A stretch of 64,000 nt of DNA, from the NCBI RefSeq assembly GCF_035084215.1, contig NC_090328.1, positions 21,638,001-21,702,000 of the forward strand. Reading direction: 5' to 3'. This DNA comes from Heptranchias perlo (taxonomy: Eukaryota). Numbering within the stretch: the stretch's first letter is position 1; each line of letters begins with the position of its first letter. The position numbers and the translations under genes are program-made. This document shows, one piece after another, positions 50,301 through 61,071 of the stretch. The notes beneath the pieces are model-generated. The model saw only the letters and a list, made by a program, of their open reading frames with translations. It searched no databases and was not told where the DNA came from.

Positions 50301-51900
50301 CTCTGTGAATTTTTTTTCTTGTCTCTAATCTGATGTATAAATTAATTCAGGGTGAAAAAAAGACTTGTAAAGGATCTAATGACAAAGCAATGATTTCTGC
50401 TCTTGAATATGGTATTTCTAAAGAAAAAGAACTGGACATTTGACTTCAGTTAGCAAGTTCCAGCTGGACAGAACTGGAGACATGAATTTGAATGTTGTGG
50501 TCAAGGCCTCTTGTGTCTCTCATGGTGTGCACTCATGTTTCAGTTAACCCTATGTTTCTGTGAAGATGGTGCCCGAAAATAAAATGCTTTTCCTTTGGAT
50601 GTGCACCATCTCCTTTCACAAAGTATTACCCTCCTCTCCCATGTTAACATTACTTTTACTGCAAGGTCATCCTTGCTTTCTTCTGTCTTCACTTGTATTT
50701 GACTACTAGAAGGTGTGCCACTAACATCTTACAAGGTCAACATTAAGCTGGAAATTCTGTGACTATTTAATGTAGAACTAAATGAAGTAATGAAGGATAC
50801 TGTTTCAGCTTGCATGTATATGTCTGATATGTAAAAAAAAGTATTTACAGTGATATTCTTAGGATTGTGCCTTTTACGCCTCCTGTTTATTTATTACAGT
50901 CTTATTTATGTTTTGTTCTGTATGGTTCAGTTCTGGACATTTTTTTTATTCCTATTAAGACTGCAGTTGGCACATTCTGATGTTTAGAGTTATTTTCATA
51001 AGGACAGCTAGATATATTCACAGAATATTGAAAAACAAAAAAAAAACAATTCAATGGGCTAGTATGCTGGAACTTAATCTGATTTACTATCTTGCCACCT
51101 TTAGAATGTGCTTTGCATTTTTCAAAGCAGTACAGGGTGGGATCCCTGTACAAATGAATAAAGTTCCAGGCTGGAATTAGGAGTCTTCGAGACACTCCTC
51201 TGTCAGCCCTTTGTCTCCTAATGCTTTGCAGGACCTGATGATTCATTCATTAAAGGCCTTATCATTGGCCTTGAATTGTTAATATTGAAGAATAGCCAGG
51301 TTTTCTGCATTTGAAAGTATGCTGTTTTCATTATAATAAGTGAGGCAGCTGTTACCATGGTAGGTATTCAATAAGGAAATCAATTATGTTAAACTTTTTT
51401 TTGACATTTATATCTTTTTTTTGCTATGACACGATTTTATAAAAAAAGTTCTCATCTTTCTATACATCTATAGAAGTGTTGATAATTTATTTTCTGCATT
51501 CCACACACTAATGTAATATATAAATATAGCTGCACAGTGGTAAACCATCATAATCAATGCAGTGCTAATGACTACAACTCACTTCTTTGAGTCTTCCGCT
51601 GTGATTTTTTTTCTGTATAAAAATGAAAAAAAACTATATCAAGGATATTTTATCTTTCATATTGAATGCCATTTAAATGAATATAAAAATGTGAGTTATG
51701 CAGTCACAAGTATTTTATCGAACAACATAGTCTTATCAACGATAGTGCCTAAAATATTTCTTGGGGTCTTAATTCCAACCGTGTTCTCAAATGCTCAGAA
51801 CTGAACTAGCTATCTGAACGTGTTACCCTCAGATTATGGCTTTCATTCTAATTTTAGATCTCCTGTAGTGTACAAATAAACCCATCACATTGAGTATTGT
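47342..51900 (+). other. WWC2: Putative long AT-rich WWC2 3'UTR; candidate poly(A) signal AATAAA at 51875-51880
   Basis: U-rich, relatively repeat-poor sequence after the stop. AATAAA is followed by GT/T-rich sequence. The end point is inferred, and other AATAAA/ATTAAA hexamers exist. Confidence 0.5.
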
Positions 51901-52902
51901 GGTCTCTGCACTTTTCCACATGTTTCAGTGATTGATTAAAAAAAAACAATTTTTGAAGGAAAAAAATGTTTGTCTTTTTTGATGAAAAATCCTTTTATCG
52001 CCTCAGGTTTTTCATTTCTCAAAAAATATTTCATTTCACTTACGTTCAGTATGTCAATCTTGTATTGAAATACTGCGGATTGGGTGGCATAGTTGGTTAA
52101 TATATTCTTCTAGGACCTAGGTTCAAACCCAGCCCAGGCTGGCTGATGGAATTCTCCAAGAGAAGAAATGCACCACAACTCTATATCTAAATCTGTATTT
52201 CTGCAATGTTCAATATTAATAGGATGGGATGAAAATCTCTTCTGTCATCTTGTGAATTCTTCTGCTTACTAAAGGAAGGGATGTTAGCATTAGAACACTG
52301 TCCCATTTCAGTACTCAGTGCCAACATCAAGCACTTCTAGGTCAGGTACGGCACAGCCAACTGCAGAATAAAGCTCCCTCTATTATTAGCTCCACCCACA
52401 GATGAGTACGCCCTAATGTACCAGGATGATATGTCACTTCAGTTACCCTTGTGGCTTCCTTTGACTAAGAATGGCAGTTGTCAAATTAGGGATAGTTTTG
52501 TACTAGTGGTTCACATTAGTAACTGGTTCACGAGTTCTCAGACTCATTGTTTACAAGATTACAAGTAAGCAAGGAGAGGGAATTATGTACCTCCCAAACC
52601 CACTTCCTCCACCACCGAGAAGGACAAGGGCAATCGATGCATGGGAACACCATCACCTCCAAGTTCCCATCCAAGGAAGGGTTTTTTGGAAATCAAGGTA
52701 TATAACATTAACACAGCTGCCAGCACCCACCACCTTCGTCACTTCCTCAAAGAAAGAAATCAGGTTAATGAGGATACTTAACCTACATGTTCTAAAGCCA
52801 TGCTGGAGATGTCTAATAACTTCCAAATAATCAAGGTGATCATAACTCAAAATCCATAAAATACCTTCTAAAAACTTCCTGCAACCAACAATAAACTCAT
52901 GG

Positions 52903-53119
52903 AAATCAAAAGCAAAATATTGTGGATGCTGGAAATCTGAAATAAAAACTGAAAATGCTGGTAAAGCTCAGCAAGTCAGGCAGCATCTGTGGAGAAAGAA
53001 ACAATGTTAACGTTTCAGGTCGAAGACCTTTGACGAAAGGTCTACGACCTGAAACGTTAACTCTTTCTCCACCGATGCTGCCTGACTTGCTGAGCTTTTC
53101 CAGCATTTTCTGTTTTTAT
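52903..53119 (-). mobile_element. Palindromic Penelope-like-derived insertion (family B) with truncated hammerhead core
   Basis: Imperfect arms 52941-53031 and 53036-53120; tgacga a aggtc-tac-gacct GAA ACGT T at 53031-53058; TSD taaactcatgg at 52892-52902 and 53120-53130. Confidence 0.8.
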
Positions 53120-54949
53120 TAAACTCATGGGCCTATTATTAACAAAGACTGTTTCTCCCCCCCTCCTTAAATAATGGGACCACATGAGCATCCTTTTCTT
53201 CAATGGAAAGCAACTTAGTCCTCAATGAACTATTAATTATATATGAACCAGTGGCTCACATGTAACTTCCATTTTCTTCAACACCCTGTGATAAATAGCA
53301 TTGGTCCTGGCACAACAATCGGATTTAAATGCAATTTTAGATGCCCGCCTATTCTGTAATACCAGCACTGTTTCATCATCTTAAGAACTGAAATCGATGC
53401 AAATTATCTATTTAGTTCATGAATCATATTTCATCCTCATATCTAACCTATCCTGTAAATCCTTCAAAGAACCAATGCAGTTTTTCATTTTCTTCCGACT
53501 TCTAACATAACTCAAAAAAAAGCTTTGACATCACCAGAACAATTGTCCATTATCCTTTTGTCTAATGTCCTTTTAGCATTCCTGATAGTGACTTTAGTTA
53601 TCTTCAGCTGTTTTCGAGGGTTCGGCTCATTATTTGCATGCAGCATACGAGTTAGTGAGCCACTAAACTTTTTTGCCAGCCGTTTCATCTGAGGATGGTA
53701 TGGGATGGATCAAATCTGTTTTGTCTTGCAATGCTGCCAAAAGAATATAACAAGCTGAGACATTAAACTAGCAGCTTGATCAGACAGAATCTCTTCTGAG
53801 AACTGGCCCGAGTAAACATATCTAACAGCGGCAGCCACACATTCTCCATCTATTGACACATCTGGTTACCTGCAACAACAACTTGCATTTATATAGCACT
53901 TTTAACGTAGTAAAACATCCCAAGGCGCTTCATAGGATATCTAGATGCTTAATCTACTTTGATCAATATATATCCCATTTCAGTGACTGACTCCTTACTG
54001 GCATGGGGCTTACAATATCTATTTCCATCCTCTTGAAAGGTTCATTAACAATGGGGAACGATTGCAGCAGCACTTGGTTGTGATCTACCAGTTCACCTGT
54101 ACATTGACACTGTTCATGTTCTACAAACTTTAGCTGTGTCCATAGAGATATTGAGCCAATAAAAGTATGTTGACCATCTACTCTTTACATGTTTTACTCT
54201 CCTAATGTCCTGCAAATGGAATAACATGGGCTATCTTTTTTACATCCTTCAAATGGTTTCAATTTCCATTGTCAAGTCAAAAACCTTTCTTCTTAACTGT
54301 AGCATTCCGCCGGCTCAGGTTGTGAGCCACTGCTGCCTTTTGCTGCTTGCACTCACATACCCTCCAGCATGGAAACAGTTCACTGAGCCTCAGCTAACTC
54401 AGTGCAGTTCAATCTACCTAGGCTTTCTTGGTCACCACTGTGGCAGTGGGAACCTCCTCACTAGGCAGCCTCTGGCACATCGCAGTTAACACCTGGGAGT
54501 GCTGGTGCTAACTTGGTCTGGTTTTGGTCTCCAGCCTTTGTCTGACCCTGGGTAAACGCACAAACTATTTCTCCATTATGTTGGCCATACCTTGGTGGGG
54601 TACATCTTCCATCCCAAAAAACCATGAATGTGGGTGATCTTGCCCATCTATTGCTTCCCATCAGATGCGGCAGATGCTAGAGTTGGTTTCACACAAGCCT
54701 TCTGTTGGCCATTTGCTTATAATGATTCCTAACAATCTCATGCCTTATGCCGGACTTGGTCTTCCCAAATGTGTCTTAGCTCCATTCCCCTGATCCAAAT
54801 AGACCAGCAATCACTATGCTGCCTTTCAATTTGTTAAAATTGCAACACATATTCTTGGACCTACCTCTCGAGGTCTATTCTGTGCAGCAGTGTCTGACTC
54901 ATGGAATTGCAGGCACACCCACAACTAGTTGGGTTATCTCTCAGCTGGC

Positions 54950-55662
54950 CACTTCCACCCTTTTCACACACTCCCACCCCTCACTCTGTTTTCTCTCCAC
55001 TCACCTCTCACGCTCTCACACACTCCCCCTTCACTCACTCCTTCCCCCTCATTGTCTCCCATTCCCACACCCTCCCTTCCCTCTCACTCACTCCCTCCCT
55101 TCCCCCTTTATCCCACTCTCTGCCCCTCACACTATCTCATTCCCTCATTTTCCCATTCCCTCTCTCCCCTCTATCTCCCATTCTCTCTCTCCCCACTCAT
55201 TCTCACACACCCCTCTCTCTCCGACCCTTCACAATTCCTCGCTGTGCCTCGCTTTTTCCCACTCTCTCCCTTTCACACTTTCCCATTCCCTCTCCATCCA
55301 CACTTATCCACCACTCATTCTCTCCCATTCCCTCTTGCCCCTCTCTCCCACCACTCTCTCCACCTTACTCTCTCCACCCACACTCTTTCCCCCCTCATTC
55401 TCTCCCACCACATCCACTCACTCCTCCTCACTCTCCCCCTCCCCACCCCTCCTCCCTCTCTCCCACCCTTCACTGTCTGCCAGCCCTCACTCATTCCCAC
55501 TCCCTCTCCCCTTCACCCCCTCACTCTCAGGCTCCATCTCTCCTCACTCTCCCCGACTCACTCTCTCCCCTCATTCTACTCCCACTCCATCCCTCCTCTC
55601 CCCCTCACTCTCTCCCATCATTTCCACCTCCCCCTCTTGCTCTCTCACACTCTTCATCATCT
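54950..55662. repeat. C/T-rich low-complexity tract
   Basis: About 700 bp nearly devoid of G on the + strand (ctc/cac/ccc motifs). Confidence 0.95.
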
Positions 55663-55904
55663 CAGGGTTGCCAACTCTGGTTGGACATGTACCTGGAGGA
55701 TTCATCACATGACCTTCCACCCCACCCAGTCAAACAGCCTCTTTTTCCCCATCTCTTAATATTATTATAACGAATGAACCAAAGTGTTCAAGGAAAATGA
55801 GAAAAACACCATTCTCTTTTAATTCTGCAATGAATTTTCTCCTGTTGCTCTCAGCAGTGTCCAGGAGACCAATGTTTAATTCCTGGGACAATCCAACAAC
55901 ACCC

Positions 55905-56930
55905 CTCCCTGCAGTTCCTCCCAGTCCCAGGGGAGGCCACTCCCTGCCTCACGGGGGGCGCTCCCTGCAGTTCCTCTCGGCCCCGCGGGGGGAGGCGCTC
56001 CCTGCAGTTCCTCTCGGCCCCGCGGGGGGAGGCGCTCCCTGCAGTTCCTCTCGGCCCCGCGGGGGGGCTCCCTGCAGTTCCTGTCAGCCCCGCGGGGGGC
56101 GCTCCCTGCAGTTCCTCTCAGAGCCGCTGGGGGCGCTCCCTGCAGTTCCTCTCAGAGCCGCTGGGGGCGCTCCCTGCAGTTCCTGTCAGCCCCGCGGGGG
56201 GCGCTCCCTGCAGTTCCTGTCAGCCCCGCTGGGGGCGCTCCCTGCAGTTCCTCTCAGAGCCGCTGGGGGCGCTCCCTGCAGTTCCTGTCAGCCCCGCGGG
56301 GGGCGCTCCCTGCAGTTCCTCTCGGCCCCGCGGTGGGCGCTCCCTGCAGTTCCCCTCGGCCCCGTGGGAGGCGCTCCCTGCAGTTCCTCTCGGCCCCACG
56401 GGAGGCGCTCTCTGCAGTTCCTCTCAGTCCTGGCGGGAGGCGCTCCCTGCAGTTCCTCTCGGCCCCGCGGGGGGCGCTCTCTGCAGTTCCTCTCGGCCCC
56501 GCGGGAGGCGCTCCCTGCAGTTCCTCTGGGCCCCACGGGAGGCGCTCTCTGCAGTTCCTCTCAGTCCTGGCAGGAGGCGCTCCCTGCAGTTCCTCTCGGC
56601 CCCGCGGGGGGCGCTCCCTGCAGTTCCTCTCGGCCCCGCTGGGGGCGCTCCCTGCAGTTCCTCTCGGCCCCGCGGGGGGCGCTCCCTGCAGTTCCTCTCA
56701 GAGCCTCTGGGGGCGCTCCCTGCAGTTCCTCTCGGCCCCGCGGGGGGAAGGCGCTCCCTGCAGTTCCTCTGAGACCCGCTTGGGGCGCTCCCTGCAGTTC
56801 CTCTCAGAGCCTCTGGGGGCGCTCCCTGCAGTTCCTCCCGGCCCCGCTTGGGGCGCTCCCTGCAGTTCCTCTCAGAGCCCCTGGGGGCGCACCCTGCAGT
56901 TCCTCTCGGCCCCGCGGGGGGCGCTCTCTC
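55905..56930. repeat. GC-rich minisatellite, ~34-bp unit, 29 copies of TGCAGTTCC counted
   Basis: Unit ~ctgcagttcctctcggccccgcggggggcgctcc. TGCAG starts at 56107, 56141, 56175, 56209 and 56243 (period 34). Confidence 0.97.
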
Positions 56931-57420
56931 TATTTCCTGGCCGGATGTTGCCTGGGCTTCCCCCGGCCGCTCGGGTTTTGGGGCAGCGTCGTGTGATGGC
57001 GGCGGACGGGGCGGACGTGGTGTCCGAGTTCCTGCAGCAGAATCGGCGGCTGTCGGATTGGGTGGAGACGCTGAAGGGCGATTGCGAGTCCGAGAAGCAC
57101 TGGAAGGCCCGCCGGGAATTCATCCTCCGCAACATGGAGGAGGAGCAGAAGACGAGCGGCGCGGAGCCGGGCCTCGGCACTGACCGGCTCCTCGCTCTCT
57201 CCATGGTCTGGGCCAACCACGTCTTCCTGGGCTGCCGGTGAGTGAGGGGGGGGGGGGGGGCCCGGGCAGCTGGAGCTGGAGCTGGAGCTGAGCCGCTCAT
57301 CCTCACTCCTCAACCCCTCCATGGTGGAAAAGCCGCTGGGTCAGCTCGGTGCCGGTGTTACTGGGGGCCGTTCATTATCAAACAGGGCTGGTGACAGTCC
57401 AGAGCTCCCGGGGCCCTGCA
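55950..57420. promoter_or_regulatory. CpG island / probable CDKN2AIP promoter; ETS-like CCGGATGT at 56941-56948
   Basis: High GC and CpG density compared with the CpG-poor flanks; spans the ATG exon. Confidence 0.75.
56996..57237 (+). CDS. CDKN2AIP: CDKN2AIP (CARF) coding exon 1, XRN2-binding XTBD domain
   Basis: ATG in gtgATGg context. MAADGADVVSEFLQQNRRLSDWVETLKGDCESEKHWKARREFILRN...LSMVWANHVFLGCR; donor cg|gtgagt; lies in a CpG island; syntenic with WWC2. Confidence 0.92.
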
Positions 57421-59622
57421 GCAGCCCCCCCCCCCCCTCCCTCTCCCTCCCCCCCCCCCTCCCTCTCCCTCCCCCCCCCTGAATCCCCAGCCAGCTTGGC
57501 TGCGGTTGGTGCCTTGGGTACTTGGAGAGGGAGTCTTCACCCTCATCTTGTTTTTTTCTTTTTATGAAAACTTTCCTCAGGTTGGGAGGGTTGTCACCTT
57601 TTGCCCAATCTAGAATTCGATTTCTGTTATCTGCTTTGCTGATGAATTGGAAAAAGAAGTAGTAAGTGATGTTTCTGAAGCCAACACAGGCACGATGGGC
57701 CCAATGGCCTCCTCCTGTGTTGTATCTTTCTATGATTCCACAGCATGAAAGAGGCTTAAATGGGGGAAGAGGGAACATTTGTATTTTAAAAGTGTCTGGT
57801 TTAGAAATGTTGGGATAAATTTTTTAAAATATGGACAGACTGGTCCAAAGCTGGGCAGGTTGCATACCTAGTGAGAGATGTTGGGGAGGGAGTTTACCAG
57901 TAATATTGCCACAGATACGAATACACAATAATCAATACTAGGGTTCATAAGTTACAAGAGTAAAGATTGAGTGGCTTAATCACAGCCTGAACCTTGATAT
58001 GTGATTATAGTGTTCAATTATGTATCTTATGTTCTTTGAGTTTATGCTCTGAGATTTGTTACTATGATTTTAGTTTCTGATTCCTGCCAGCGACAGCTGA
58101 CGTGATGAGGTGAATATCAACCAGCGGATTCTCTGTATTTGTTAAGTGACGATGCCCACAATGTAGGATCAGTGATTTATTATTGATTAACAGGAAATAT
58201 GACGAACAACATGTGTAATTACATGTCTGGATTTCAGAATAGTTAGGAAATGGAGGGTTATAGCAGGATTTTGATAGTGTAATTGTGGGTCTTGCACAAA
58301 AGCTGCCCTGTTTAGGTCCTTCCACCGTGTTTGTATCTCTCTTAACTGATGATGAAAGTGTAAATTGGGGTGACAGCAGTTGGAAGGCACTGTCTGGAGA
58401 TTAGGTAGGAACTCGGCGCCAACCATGATTGAGTTGTAGAGTGTCAAGTAGCTGTTGAAGCTCCGCTCCTCCGGTGGTCAGGAGAATGGTGGCAATGCCC
58501 TTACATTTTATGGTGGTGTGTGACTCAACATGCTCATGAGGAGCTCCTTTTGGCTGTTGTGACTGCAGCAAGGGCTCAAACCCACGCTTGTCAGTTGTCT
58601 AATTAGTGACTATATTCCTTGGGAGTGATGGGGGGGGGGGGAAGAGAGCTGTGTAAGTGGGGTCTCTTTAAGATTGGGGTGGCTCCAAGGTGACATGTTT
58701 GTCAATGGAAGTTTGGAACCAAGTCAACCCTCTATGATGGACATCATCCGATACCTTAACCAAACAAGTCAACAGTACTTCAGGGCACTGTTGAAGATTG
58801 ATCAGCCATCTTGCCTCACTAATAGAACTTGGAAGGGTAGACCTGTTACTGATCCAGGATTCTTCCCACTTGGCTCCAGGTAGCTCTGCAAACCAATGCT
58901 CTAACAGTATTGTCCTGGCTGGACATACAGTGGGATGCTTACCAGCAGTCTTTGCCTAAGCTCTCTGGATATAAGGTATGTGGGGTGTGTGTCTGAGGAG
59001 AGAATGTGAACTTCATGTCAGTCAAACAAAAATTCTACATGTAGATTTCTCAGTAACTTGGGCTGGAGACACTTAAACCTGGTGCTATGTTTCCATGCAA
59101 GTTACACACTCGGCTAACCAATAAAAAACATTCAAGCAACAGTTTTAAGTGTGTTCAAAGCAAATTGTGTTTGAGCTGTAAGTATCTTTTCCAACATTTT
59201 TAAGTAACCTGTTTGTGCGTACACTTGACTCATCAGTATGGCATCAGAAGTTTATCAGTTCTGAATAAAAGTACTTGATTTGCAGACCTCCTACTGCAAT
59301 CCAGTAGGAAGTATCCATAATTCAACTCCCAACAATAGAAAATGCTTAAAACATGTATTGCTGCTCTCTCTAAACTCACCAGTAGTTGTTGGTTAGCTTT
59401 AAATCTATGATTTCAAAAGGTGAATGGTCCAGCCTGATCCAAGTCTGTGTCAGGCAGGATCTGAATAACCAGATACAAATCAAATGTGTCTAGAGTGCAC
59501 CTATCATCTGACTTGATTAGAAGTCAATTAATTGCTAATATAATTGCTCTTCACAATCCTACTTGCAGGTCTTGGTATACACATTGTAACTGGGTGGCAC
59601 TGTTTGTCATTTTGTGATTCAG

Positions 59623-59756
59623 ATACTCAAAGGCAGTGATGGATAAAGTGTTGGAGATGGCAGAAGGCATCAAAGTTACAGATGCTCCAGTCCACACAAC
59701 AAGGGATAAGTTGGTTGCCAGTAAGGTGAAGAAAAGAGAGCTTTCAAACAGCAATG
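59623..59756 (+). CDS. CDKN2AIP: CDKN2AIP coding exon 2; the large exon 3 is not recognisably in the window
   Basis: gattcag acceptor and g|gttagc donor. YSKAVMDKVLEMAEGIKVTDAPVHTTRDKLVASKVKKRELSNSN, which continues past the point where the short paralogue CDKN2AIPNL would end. Confidence 0.92.
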
Positions 59757-60058
59757 GTTAGCAGACTAGCTATATACTACAGAGTGTCCTTTTAAAGCTC
59801 CCTTCTGATTTTGCTTATTTGTTTCATTAAAATGAACTGCAATTTATTCAGTGCTAGGTATAATAGTATTTTAGAGATAAGTACTACATTTTGTGGTTAA
59901 ATTCTGACAAAAATAGGTCCTTTTATTAAAATTTGCAGGGCTATGGGGAAAGAACATCAGGGGTTGGACTAATTGGATAGCTTTTTCAAAGAGCCGACAC
60001 AGGAACAATGGGCCGAATAGCCTCCTTCTGTGCTGTATGACTCTGAATTGAACATTAG

Positions 60059-60480
60059 GTGTCAGCCTTTGCTCAGTGATAGCACGCTTACCTCTGAGTC
60101 AGAGATTGTGTGGTTCAAGGCTCACTCCAGAAACTTGAGCACATAATCCAGGCTGACACTTCAGTGCAGTACTGAGCGAATGATGCACTATTGCAGGTGC
60201 CGTCTTTCGGATGAGACATTAAACAGACGAGTCTGTCCTCTCAGGTGGATGTAATAGATCCCATGGCACTATTCGAAGAAGAGCATGGGCGCTTTCACAG
60301 TGTCCTGGCTAACATTTATTACTCAACCAACATCAGATTATCTGATTTATTTAATTGCTAATTGTGGGACCTTGCAATGTGCAAATTGGCTGCCATGTTT
60401 CCCTGACAGTGACTACACTTTAAAAGTATTTAATTGGGATGTCCTGAGGTTGTGAAAGGCACTGTATAAATACAAGTTCA
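60059..60480 (+). mobile_element. tRNA-derived SINE (Deu-domain / SacSINE1-like by recall); a further fragment at ~43000-43200 (-)
   Basis: gctcagtgatagc A box, ggttcaagg B box, and an L2-like tail ending gtataaatacaagt. Confidence 0.8.
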
Positions 60481-61071
60481 TTCATTATTTCTTTTGTGTT
60501 GTCTTAATTTATGTTGCTGTCAGTTGACTTTCACCATTAGACAAGCTATTAGCATTATCTGTTCAACTCATTCAATGGAACAGCACAGAGGGGAGCAACA
60601 TGATAAATAGTCTTATTAGTGTTTTAACCAATCTATTCAATGAAATATTTTAAATAATGTTAACTCAAGGCTTTACTTAAACAAGCTGTTTGATATCCAG
60701 TTGTGTCTACGTTGTATTGTTCTAACTCTAAGAGTGGACTTCTTTATACGCACATACTTATGCAGACTTTCTATTTTTATTTATACGTTTTGTAAGAGTT
60801 GTCAGTGATAGGGTAGGGAACAAATTTCCATTTTTGACACTGTGTTGTCATCAAGCTTGTCTAATTCAGGTATGTTGCGGACCAACTGCTGAGCAATGCT
60901 CCCTCTGCTATGTGCAACATCACAAGAATGATTGCTGCTCTTCTACGACCTACTCGTTTCCCACAACAGGCATCTTTGTAGCTGCTTCTCTGTGAGATTG
61001 TCCATGTAGTGAATGCTGAATTGTAGATGATTCAGTTCTATGGATCTGGACCCACTAGGAGCTGAGTTGAA

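Noticed and set aside
54205-54661. Faint claudin-like words (W...FWD...PR on -, LTYPPAWK and LGFLG on +) at the syntenic CLDN22/24 position
   Set aside because: The matches are on opposite strands, with no GLW-C-C signature or four-TM pattern. Treated as chance unless tBLASTn shows otherwise.
54816-55770. Three overlapping 276-298 aa ORFs rich in Pro/Ser/Leu/His
   Set aside because: Artefact of the C/T-rich tract, which cannot form stop codons; open in all three frames with no domain.
55905-56930. Regularly spaced repeats as a CRISPR array
   Set aside because: No unique spacers, eukaryotic context and no cas genes; it is a minisatellite.
60059-60135. tRNA gene
   Set aside because: The A/B boxes belong to a SINE head; no intact cloverleaf, and the sequence continues into the SINE body.
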